In this document: one piece after another, positions 38,801 to 47,035 of the stretch | Layout of the letters: each line of letters starts with the position of its first letter | How positions within the stretch are numbered: position 1 is the stretch's first letter | Source of the DNA: Paraspadella gotoi | Taxonomy: Eukaryota > Animalia > Chaetognatha | DNA length: 64,000 nt | NCBI GenBank assembly: GCA_051294375.1 | Contig: CM119271.1 | Span: 12,335,235 to 12,399,234 of the forward strand | Reading direction: 5' to 3' | Notes under the pieces: generated by a model | Database searches by the model: none | Told to the model about the DNA's origin: nothing | What the model saw: only the letters and a program-made list of their open reading frames with translations | Position numbers and translations under genes: made by a program

Positions 38801-39930
38801 TGGAAGCGCAGGTGGAAAGAGAAAGAGAGAGAGAAAGAGGGAAAGAAAGAGAAAAAGTTGGATAGAAAGAAAGAACGTTGGAAAGAAAGAATAAAGAAAG
38901 TTGGAAGAAAGAAAGTCGGAAGGAAAGAATAAAGAAAGTAAGAAAGAACGTTGGAAAGAAAGAAAGAAAGTTGGAAAAAAGAAAGAACTTTGGAAAGAAA
39001 GAATAAAGAAAGTAGTAAAGAAAGAATAAAAAAAGTTGGAAAGAAAGAAAGGGAAAGAAAGACAGATAGACAGAAGATTCGACTGCCCGCTCCCCTCTCT
39101 TCTCCTCCTCCCCCAGTCCGAGTTTCATCCCAAACTCTGACTTCGTCGGCCTCAATTTCATCGAGGATGTTGGGATCCCGACGGAAGACTGGAAATCCTC
39201 GGGCGTCGTCCATCGAACGTCGCTTCTCAAGCCCGGCGCCGTCGGGCACCGCGAGGGGTTGGCGGGCGCCGCGGAAGAGGCGAAGGCGCCCGAGACGAAA
39301 GCGGAAAGGCGCCAAGTGGGCGTGGTCAAGGCGCGGAGGGAAATCGGGATCGTCAATCAAGAAACGGACGGGAGGAAAACGATCGGTGGGGGGGATTTAA
39401 TTTTACGATAAAGAAAGAAATTTATAAATAAAAAAATAAAGTAATTTATCTTTCCCTCGATGATAAATTAAAGGTCTCCTCAAACTGCGCAGATTGTCCG
39501 CAGATCGAGAAGTCATCGACAAATCCTTTGATGCGACGGAATTAAAAACGTCCCAGGTCGATGATTCATTTTTTTGAACCAAGATTAATTTTAAAGCCAT
39601 TTTAATTTGCTAATTATTGTTTTCTATATTTAATTGAGCCTAAACTTAGATGCGAACTGGATGAAGGGCGACGAGTCGTGACGCTCCATGTTAAAAACTA
39701 AACATCTTTTACGCTCATCCGAGTTTTATTTAAACATTTTTTAACTCTGATCTTTCCCCCCCCCCCACCCGAGCAGAAAGAAAATAGGAATTGAGAAGAT
39801 CCTGGACCACGCCCAACGACGCCGCCACCGCCACCTGTCGAGACTGGCCAGTTCCGGTTTCCGATCTAAGATTGGCGTCGAGTTGGAATTAGCTAATGAC
39901 GGCGACTTTATAAGAAATAAAAAAATATGA
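4233..39930 (+). CDS. Large multi-exon Cys/Pro-rich protein of unknown family (host gene A)
   Basis: Largely phase-compatible GT-AG exons traced by hand. Core: 11589-11661, 11869-~12105, ~12444-12583, ~12774-12905, 12969-13042, ~13386-13637, ~14039-14334, 14771-14929, 15191-15287, ~15398-15529, 15665-15728, 17907-18097, 18660-18788, 18857-19083, 19614-19769, 29728-29841, 30123-30531, 31249-31424, 31572-31701, 32421-32581, ~32690-32799, ~33100-33282, 33749-33853, 34507-34596, ~34886-34954, ~37845-38556, 38738-38811, ~39117-39329. Tentative 5' exons: 4213-4251, 6499-6589, 6871-7078, 11245-11368, 11473-11503. Several apparent 1-nt frameshifts. Both ends uncertain. Confidence 0.7.
4255..5130. repeat. 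G-rich degenerate tandem array (core GATGAGTAAGGGGATTGGG)
   Basis: Repeated ATGAGTAAGGGG/GGGATTGGG units with a strong G skew on +. Accounts for the Pro-rich minus-strand ORFs at 4001-5056. Confidence 0.85.
5928..6032. repeat. 26-bp tandem repeat GACAAAGTGCCACGACAAAGGCCCAC x4
   Basis: Four near-perfect copies, each built from two 13-bp subunits. Confidence 0.95.
7836..9371 (-). CDS. Small secreted cysteine-rich precursor (signal peptide + KR-terminated propeptide + 14-Cys domain)
   Basis: Exons 9371-9305 (MELKGILLLVFVVTLAEASYIR), 9003-8935, 8797-8766, 8339-8164 and 7930-7836 (TGA). Donors are gtgagt/gtgaga/gtaagt/gtaagt and acceptors cag/tag. Exons 2-5 are phase-compatible. Intron 1 is off by 1 nt (GGGG homopolymer error or a missed microexon). 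Confidence 0.75.
8605..8697. repeat. (TTA)n microsatellite
   Basis: About 30 perfect units. Confidence 0.95.
10043..10270 (-). mobile_element. tRNA-derived SINE, copy 1
   Basis: Reverse-complement homolog of 30583-30811. Flanked by degenerate TAACCC-like tracts. Confidence 0.75.
15902..17736 (+). CDS. Alternative or terminal exon block of host gene A (15902-16163, 16670-16955, 17094-17269, 17449-17736)
   Basis: Canonical splice sites, phase-compatible with the 15728 donor. Ends ...RQKLKTS-TAA at 17736. The frame is ambiguous around 16910-17165. Confidence 0.55.
16170..16312. repeat. (GACAT/GAAAT)n pentanucleotide repeat
   Basis: About 28 units immediately after the 16163 donor. Confidence 0.95.
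20326..24789 (+). CDS. ABCC1: Intronless long-form multidrug resistance-associated protein (ABCC1/2/3-like MRP)
   Basis: MRP1-like N-terminus (FCRDVPFWD..WKTWNPDLTPCF) with TMD0. NBD1 has GPVGSGKS, LSGGQ and LYLLDD; NBD2 has GRTGAGKS, LSLGQRQL, ILVLDEATA and IAHRL. First in-frame ATG at 20326, ~1487 aa. Exact ortholog not determinable. Confidence 0.95.
25171..25600. repeat. 46-bp minisatellite GGCTGCTTTCTCGGATCCCATTCCGACGCTTTTT(G/C)CGATGCTTTAC x~9
   Basis: Copies start at 25171, 25217, 25263 and so on. Accounts for three overlapping ORFs. Confidence 0.95.
26135..29261. mobile_element. Foldback-like non-autonomous DNA transposon with ~0.9 kb TIRs and 8-bp TSD
   Basis: 26135-~27050 is the near-perfect reverse complement of ~28320-29261. 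TSD GTGAGCAT at 26127-26134 and 29262-29269. Ends TAGG..CCTA. No transposase ORF. Confidence 0.92.
27387..27429 (-). ncRNA. Minimal type I hammerhead ribozyme (Penelope-like-element style)
   Basis: Minus strand reads GACG-CTGATGA-A-GGCTCA-AATTG-TGAGCC-GAAA-CATG-TT-CGTC: complete core, 4-bp stem I, 6-bp stem II and palindromic ACATGT stem III. AATAAA follows downstream. Confidence 0.75.
29279..29395. repeat. 7-bp tandem repeat TGGACAA/TGGAAAT
   Basis: About 16 imperfect units. Confidence 0.9.
30583..30811 (+). mobile_element. tRNA-derived SINE, copy 2
   Basis: 5' hairpin TGGTGGACTAAAATCCACCA, a tRNA-like head with CGCCTCCCA (Gly-CCC-like arm) and B-box-like GGTTCTAGCCC. Second copy at 10043-10270. 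Confidence 0.75.
31746..31978 (+). mobile_element. GC-rich structured interspersed repeat (possible RTE-clade 5' UTR-derived element), copy 1
   Basis: Highly similar to 41338-41584, with several hairpins. The RTE resemblance is from memory and unverified. Confidence 0.65.
33901..34299. repeat. ~325-bp dispersed repeat unit with partial second tandem copy; inverted copies at ~53228-53476 and ~62785-62897
   Basis: TATGAAATTGGTACAAC..TAAGCTATCTTGCCCCTGA at 33901 and 34226. Reverse-complement matches elsewhere and short fragments at ~11159 and ~54173. Confidence 0.8.
35125..37669. mobile_element. Non-autonomous hAT-like DNA transposon
   Basis: TIRs CAGAGATGTGGAAGCGATC and the reverse complement of GATCGCGTTCACATCTCTG. 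8-bp TSD ATTTAAAT at 35117-35124 and 37670-37677. Subterminal CGCTTCC/GGAAGCG motifs. Internal pieces are shared, inverted, with ~6600-6800. Confidence 0.88.
36339..36387 (+). ncRNA. Hammerhead ribozyme-like core (probably degenerate)
   Basis: CTGATGA-A-GGCTTG-AAGTAAAA-CAAGCC-GAAA-CATTC. Stem II is intact and stem I is poor. AATAAA follows downstream. Confidence 0.5.
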
Positions 39931-40445
39931 ATACATGTCGAGAAAAAAAAACTTTTATAAAAACTTTTTTTGTATTTCCGTCATGAAAATAAAAAGGAGC
40001 AATCATGCGTACGTTTGTCTCCAAGTCCAGGGTAATTGGCAATTTTTAACGATTCCAGTACAAGCACGAGTAAAGCTTTCTAGTAAAAGCGACTAACCGG
40101 GAATTTTCCATTTTGTTTTATACAAATGTGTAAATAATAACGAATGTAAAATGTAAGAAAAAAAAAACAATACGAAAAATAAAAAAAATGAGTCAATTTT
40201 TGGTCAAAGGCTCTTTTGCTTTTTTTGGGGGGGGGAAAGTAAACCCGCAAATAGAAAAAAGAAGAAAAAATAGACTAAGATTAAATCAGATAGGGTCAGA
40301 TCTTCTCAGATCAGGTCAGATCTGGTCAGGACAAATCGTTGTAGACTAGTTCAAATCAGATTGGGTCAGATCTTCTTAGATCAGGTCAGATCCTCGTAGA
40401 CTAGATCAAATCAGATCTGGTCAGGTCAAATCCTCGTAGACTAGA

Positions 40446-43400
40446 TCAGACCAGATCCTCGTAGGCTGGAGGCAAATCTCTGGATCTCGAGGCGTCGATA
40501 GTTTGGAAGACTCGACCTTCGCCCAGATCGATGGCGCTGTAAGATGGCGGAAGGGAATTGTAGGTGGCGTCGGCGTCGGTCGTCGAAGCGCGTCTCTTAG
40601 CGTCGTCGTCGTCGTCTTCGTCGTCGTCTTCTTCCCGCGTCGAGTTGCCGGCGGCGATGGCGGCGAAATTTGGCGGCGGCGGCGGCGAGTCGAAGTTAGC
40701 GGTTGCCTCCGAGTCGGCGAGGGAGCCTGATTGAGAAAGAGAAATGGATCGTTGGAAAAATGATTGCGTCACTCAATTTCGTAAGAGAATGAACTGGAAT
40801 ATAAACTCTAAATGATACTAGATATGTACAGTCCTGTGCAAAAAAAACAAAAAAAACTCAAGCACAAAACTAAAAAAATAAGCAAGCTGGACTATTGGGA
40901 GCTAAAAAATAAAAAAACGTTAGCGATTTTCTTACTAGGGTAAAAAATCTGAAGTTGTTTTATCAGAAAATTTAGCCACAGTATTTGATAATTGTATTTA
41001 ACTTCCATTCGAAATCCGCGTCAAAACCTTAGAAACATGGACCCATTTTTCTGGGGCAATCCAGTTATCCAGCTATCCCTCCGGATGTCTATTATAATTA
41101 TTTTTCTTTTTTAATTTACTTCAAGTATTGTAAAATATCAAAAGAAAAAAGATTAATCTTAAATTTATCAGATTTTTTCTTATTCACCTCTGCGATAGAC
41201 TACTTCATTTTAAAAAATCACTACTCCTAAACCAATAGCCCGATTTTAATAACAATTTATGGCAAACTTATTATCTTTCAATAATCAATAATCAAGTTTA
41301 TAGGGTGATTTTTAAAGACTAAAATAAAGTGGCCCGTATGGCAACAGCCGGGTTGCCTGTGATGCCCATTGGGATGGGGCATCTCACTATTGGCTTTGGG
41401 GGCTTCCGACCCTCAGTGACGCCTCCAGTCACTGGCGCGGTAACCCTAGGACGGTCTCGCTTTGCCAACGCAGAGGGAAGTCGTTAGGACTGTGGATGGA
41501 ACACTACGCTTGGGATGGTGTGTTCCCCCTCTGAGCCAACGGATTTTGGCTGAAAGATGGTGGACGTGAGGTGGTGTGAATATACCGCCACACCCGTTTT
41601 ATTTGCACAGGTCGCTACTTGTAAAAAACTAGTTGTGGAGTCCACAGTTTCGTTGTTATAAGCGTCCACAGCGTATTAATTGATAATATTCTCTAGCCGA
41701 AGTTAAGCCCGACCGTGTTGAAATACAAACTCTTTAAAAAAAATCAGTGTTCGCGGAAAAAACACCTGTTTTCTTTTTAAAACATGAGGGATTGAGAGCG
41801 GGGAAGCAGTTGCAGCCCCCATGAGATTTTTGTTCTTTGAAAATGCGTGTTAAAAAAAAAAAAAAAAAAGTATTGACCGCTCATTCGTCTAAATTAATGA
41901 ATCTTCCCCCCTCCTAAAAAAACCCCACTTTTTTTCTGTCAAACCATGAAGAATCACCCGCGAAAATTAAAAAAAAAAACCAAAAAACCGACGAATCATT
42001 CTAACTTTATAATTTAGTTAAAAAAAGATTAAACGGACAAAAAAAAAAATCTTTCACTTGGTAGGAAGTCATAAAAGTCAGGATGGACGACGAAATCTCG
42101 ACTTGTCCTCCGCCTCCAAGAAAAACCGCCAAGCGACCGCCGACTCCGCCCGACGGTGGATGGGGTTGGGTCGTTGTCGCTTCCGCCTTTTTCGTCAACG
42201 TCCTTCTTTCGGGCGACACGTCGGCGTTTCCGGTTCTTTTGCCGGAACTCTCGGCCTCGTTCCAATCGAGTCCGAGCGTCATCTCGTGGGCTGGGTCACT
42301 TCGTTACGGTCTCTGCTGCGTCACGGGTCCGTTGGTTGGACGGCTCATCAATCGTCACGGATGTAAAGTCGCCACGTTGCTGGGGACGATCGTAGTTTTC
42401 TTGGGCGGCGTGGCGGCGTCGTTAGCGCCGGACGTGACGCTGCTCATCCTCTTACTCGGCGTCATTCAAGGCATCGGCGTTGGTTTCGCCTTTCTTCCTC
42501 CCATCGTCGCCGTCGGAACTTATTTCGAAAAACGGCGCGCTATCGCCACCGGCGTCGCGAGTTGCGGCGCCGGAATCGGCGGAGTCTTCTTCCCGCCGCT
42601 CATCAAATACCTGGCGGAAGAATGGAGTTGGCGCGGCGCGGTTCTCGTCAACGCGGCGCTCATGTTGCACGTCGGCGCATGCGCGTTGCTCTTTAGAAAA
42701 TTGGAAGACAATTCCTCGGAAGAAGTGACGCCGATGATCGTTAAGTTGAATTACGAAGACACGAGACGAATCGTGAATGATCCAGTTTCTCACGATAGCC
42801 TCACTCTCGTCAATGTCAAAAACTCATTCGACTCAATCGAAATCGAGGCTACGAGGAAAAGCAGCCTCGTTTCCGTCACGCCCACTCCCCAACCCTCTAG
42901 TCGACGAAGCTCAAGGGTGGCGACGATCGAAAGTAGTCTTCTAAACTCGCCCATCCCAGAGGAGCCTTCGAGCGAGGAAGTCGAGTCTCGTCTGCCCGCG
43001 ATCGTTGAAGACTTGGTCGACGACGGCGACGGGAAATCCGCGACGAGTTGGACCGACGCAAATAGAAAAGGCATGCTCCATCCTCTCTACTCTCCCGACG
43101 AAGGAATGCGAAGTTTTCGATCGAGCGGAAGCTCGAAAGGAATTCTTCATCGACGCGATATTCAATTCGATCCCTTCGATCTTTTTCTCTCTTCGTCGAG
43201 AAGAAATTCGCGACGTCAAACCGTCGGGTTCAACATGAACGCTTATTATTTAATAGAGAATCGAGGAAAGAGCAGGCGTGGCCAACACTCCTCCAAGATC
43301 GATCACAAACGATTCTCTCTTCATTCCGTCCCGACGAAAGTCTCGTTGGCTTGGATCGAGGGAACCGGATCAGAGCCGGATCCCGACGTGGCCTTGAAGT

Positions 43401-45341
43401 ATCGCCCGCCGAGACTGAAGACGTCCACGAGATTCTCTTGGTCGAAACCCAGCGACGGTCGTCCCAAACAACACAAATACAGACCTCTGGATCGCAAAGA
43501 CGTTCTCTACGGGAGCTCCATTCTCAATTTGGATCATTTCGAGTCTAAGAGAAGCGGCGTCGTCGATCCGCGAGATTTGATCAGCGTCTTGGAGTCTCCC
43601 GACGATGACGTCGCCGACGAGATGACGTTGAGTCAAAGTCCATCGTTTTGGGTCCATTGCGTGGTCAACGCCGTCTACATGTTCGCCTTCTGCATCCCAA
43701 CAACATTTTTGGTCGACTACGCGTCGTCGGTGGGCGTGGCAGCCTCCGAATCAAGTTATCTTCTTTCACTGATGGGCTGCGTCGGCTGCTGCGTGCGAAT
43801 CGGCGTCGGATTCGTCGCCGATATGACCGACTGGCGGGGAATTCGATTGAGCGGCGCCGGGATGGTGCTCGGCGGCGTTGCGACGCTCGTGGCGCCGGCT
43901 TTGCCGATGAACTTTCTCCTTCTCGCCGTTTACGCGTCGGTCTTTACCGTCGGCAGCGGGACTTACCTCGCGCTGCAATCCATCGTCATCGTCGACCTCT
44001 TTGGCATCGAACGCTTGACGGACGGATTCGGAGCTCTCCAACTCTTCCGAGGAATCGGCGCCATGATCGGTCCGCCCCTCGGAGGATACGTCGTCGACGT
44101 CGTGGGTCATTACGGATGGACTTTTGGGTTGAGCGGGATCTTGATGATTGCTTCCGGTTTGGCGGAAGTCGCGGTGGATAAAATGGCGGCGCGCGAGGGG
44201 GCGCGTCGGAGGAGGATTAATAAGATAAAGCATTTGGAAATGTTGTTGATATCGCCCAAGGACAGGCTCATTTGAATTGTAATCCTTGTACATAATAATG
44301 ATTATAAATACTCGGGTCATCGACTTTTGTCCCCCCCCCCCGCCGAGTAGAGCAGAAACGAAGGTTGCTTAAAAATCTGTACAATTGAGAGGACTATTAC
44401 AATAAATTTGGTGAAACCAATCAACATTAAAAAATGTTAATTGTTATCCATTCATTCGATAAATCGCCTATTAAATACCTCGCTAAGCTTTCTTGCCTCC
44501 AGAGTTCAAGAATTTGCTACTGTGGGCTCGTGGTTTACGTCATCCATTCCTCTTACAAAATAATAAAAGAACAACACTGATATTCAACAAATAAAAGAAC
44601 AACACGGATATTCAACAAATAAAAGAACAACACGGATATTCAACAAATAAAAGAACAACACGGATATACAACAAACCAGAGTAAGGCGGTGGGGCTTCGT
44701 AGGGCGGAGGAGCTTCAACGACGCCGATCATCTCTTCCGGATTTTGACTGCGATTGACTTCGCTATCTGGAGTCGATTGCGGCGCGTCTGTGAATGAATG
44801 AATGAATGAATGAATGAATGAATGAATGAATGAATGAATGAATGAATGAAAGAAAGAATGAAAAAGAAGCAAAAATAAATAAATTGAAATTTTTTAAAAA
44901 AAGTTAAAAGAGTTGAGATAATAAACGAATGGATGAAAGAACTAATAAATGAACGAATGAACGAACAAAGTAAGAAATAAAAAGTAACGAATGAACGGAC
45001 TAACGAATGAACAAACGAACAAAGAAAAAGAACGAAGAAGCAAGCGAACAGACGAACCCGGTAAAAAAAAAGGAACGAATGAACGAAAGGCCCTTCTTCC
45101 CTCCGTCCAGCTCACCGACTAGATCGAGCACGACCTGCAAGACCCGTTCGCACTGTCTCGCCCGCGCTCTGATTATGGATTTGGAGAGCGTGTAGAGAAG
45201 GAGTCCGGAGGCGAGGGTGAAGATGCCGAGGGTCACGAGAGAAGAGGCCAATCGATTCGGGGCTTTGTGGAAGAACCCGCCGAGGAACAGCATGAAGATG
45301 CCTTTTGGAGGCAGAGGGAGAGAGACGTGTTGAGGACCATT

Positions 45342-45388
<47 letters not shown>

Positions 45389-46581
45389 AGACGACAGAAT
45401 AGCTCAAAAAGTCTCCTTTATTTAATTTAAGGTTAGTTGAATATTTAATTAATAAATTATTACGATACATACATCATCTTCTCTCCTTTACTTATTCAAC
45501 GCCAGTTACAGTACCTGCATGGATGCATGCTACCGAGAGCCAAAAAATCCGATGAACGCAAGCTAAACTCCAGTGCGAGTAAATTTCTTGAAACCTTAAT
45601 AAATTTAATTATTGTAAAAAAAAAAAAAGATTTATTATTGAGTTAAGCTTATGTTTGGGCAACATTCTCACTTGGCCTGTACCTCCAAGGTCGGGCGAAC
45701 GTTCTTTGGCTTCTTTGTCGAGATTGAGAGAGAAAAATCCAAGACGCGGAATCTGGTTCAATTGAAGGAACCACGTCCGTTCCTGACGATAGGATTGGCT
45801 GGGTCAATCTCTCTCTCTCTCTCTCACCCTCGTTTTGCGCGCGGAGATTCGATCGATCGATCGGCCGCCCACTTCGCGTAACGAATGGAGAGAGGGTGAC
45901 GCTCCGCCCCCTGAAAGAAATTGCATATATATTATAATAGTCAGGACAAGGTAAAAATAACTTTTTTTTCATTAAATTATCGAAGACATTTAAGTTTTCA
46001 ATATTAAGTAAAAACATTACTACATGTTAACTAATTACTTGTAACGCGACAACATAACGTGACCCAAGACAAGTTAATTCTGACGACGTAAATCAAACAT
46101 ACGATTTCAAAAAACACAAACCTCGTCCGATCCGAGGTTTCGGATATCAACCCGAGTCCCAGCGTTTGCGTCGCGTCAGAATTCCGCACGTGCGTCAACG
46201 CTCTCTCCAACGCTCGTTCGGACGATCGATCAGTCCGTCTCGCCGTCGCCGCGTCACTTCCGTCCACGGGCGGCACGAGTCGCGACGCAGAGATAGGCGC
46301 CGCCGCGTGGCGCCGGTCCGAAGGCAGCCACGAGGGTCTTTGGTCGGAGCGAGCTCTCGAACCCGTCGTCCGTCGGGAGGAGGAAGCGGCTCCGCGGGGA
46401 CGACGCTGTCTCTGCTCCTCCTGCGCCTGAACAGGCAGCGGTTTGATTGATAAGTAGAAAATTAAATAGATTATTAAGAATAATAAGTAGAAAATTAAAT
46501 AGATTATTAAGAATATTAAAAATAATTAAGAATTATTTCAATTTCCCACTCGATACTCACATCCCTCAGACTCTCACGCAT
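40446..46581 (-). CDS. Two-TM membrane protein with four PY motifs (candidate NEDD4-family adaptor; host gene B)
   Basis: Phase-consistent exons 46581-46561, ~46426-46122, ~45910-45828, ~45782-45672, ~45560-45513, ~45302-45117, 44787-44677 and 40726-40446. TM segments IFWLSVACIHAGIFMLFLGGFF and LASSLVTLGIFTLASGLLLYTL. Tail contains PPPY, PPPY, PPSY and PPAY. Confidence 0.8.
40829..41615. mobile_element. Possible degenerate Tc1-like MITE
   Basis: TA-CAGTCCTGTGCAAAAAAAAC versus GTTTTATTTGCACAGGTCGC-TA (imperfect TIR). Confidence 0.4.
41338..41584 (+). mobile_element. GC-rich structured interspersed repeat, copy 2
   Basis: Homolog of 31746-31978. Confidence 0.65.
42083..44275 (+). CDS. SLC16A: Intronless monocarboxylate transporter (SLC16/MCT family, MFS) with long central loop
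   Basis: PPDGGWGWVVV signature, YFEKRRAIATG, WSWRGA, DLFGIERL and IGPPLGG. Two 6-TM halves separated by a ~300 aa loop. 730 aa. Member number not assignable. Confidence 0.95.
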   Translation: MDDEISTCPPPPRKTAKRPPTPPDGGWGWVVVASAFFVNVLLSGDTSAFPVLLPELSASFQSSPSVISWAGSLRYGLCCVTGPLVGRLINRHGCKVATLLGTIVVFLGGVAASLAPDVTLLILLLGVIQGIGVGFAFLPPIVAVGTYFEKRRAIATGVASCGAGIGGVFFPPLIKYLAEEWSWRGAVLVNAALMLHVGACALLFRKLEDNSSEEVTPMIVKLNYEDTRRIVNDPVSHDSLTLVNVKNSFDSIEIEATRKSSLVSVTPTPQPSSRRSSRVATIESSLLNSPIPEEPSSEEVESRLPAIVEDLVDDGDGKSATSWTDANRKGMLHPLYSPDEGMRSFRSSGSSKGILHRRDIQFDPFDLFLSSSRRNSRRQTVGFNMNAYYLIENRGKSRRGQHSSKIDHKRFSLHSVPTKVSLAWIEGTGSEPDPDVALKYRPPRLKTSTRFSWSKPSDGRPKQHKYRPLDRKDVLYGSSILNLDHFESKRSGVVDPRDLISVLESPDDDVADEMTLSQSPSFWVHCVVNAVYMFAFCIPTTFLVDYASSVGVAASESSYLLSLMGCVGCCVRIGVGFVADMTDWRGIRLSGAGMVLGGVATLVAPALPMNFLLLAVYASVFTVGSGTYLALQSIVIVDLFGIERLTDGFGALQLFRGIGAMIGPPLGGYVVDVVGHYGWTFGLSGILMIASGLAEVAVDKMAAREGARRRRINKIKHLEMLLISPKDRLI

Positions 46582-47035
46582 TTGTGAAGTCAAAAAATGC
46601 AACATTTTTTTAAATTTTTACGTCGTTAAAGTTAAATACTGTTCGTAATGCATTATTCGTCTCTTTACGAAAGAGACTGAAAATTTAATTATGCTCCAAC
46701 CTGTAAACAAAACAAGATAGGTCATAAATAATATAATAATTGTGGAAAAAAAACAAACGCAGAATAGCTATGCCGTAGCCAGTCTACCGAGTGTTAAATG
46801 ATAGGAAAAAGAACACACCGATAGAGGCTCGATTTTATTAAAAGGAAGCGAGGAAACAAACTTTTAGTCTCATAAGTCTAACTAAGTCTTATAGAAGAAT
46901 CATTTTTTAGGTAACTAACCGAATTCAAACAAGACTAAACGCTAACTATTGTAACTCAGGAAGGAAACGGCGGCTTCCACAAAAACACAAAAACAAATCA
47001 GAATTAAATAAAAGAAATAAAAAAAGAAAAAGAAA

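Noticed and set aside
37845-39330. Programmed frameshifting or dual coding in the last exons of gene A
   Set aside because: The protein-like frame switches several times at short homopolymers with no consistent slippery site. This fits assembly error or decay.
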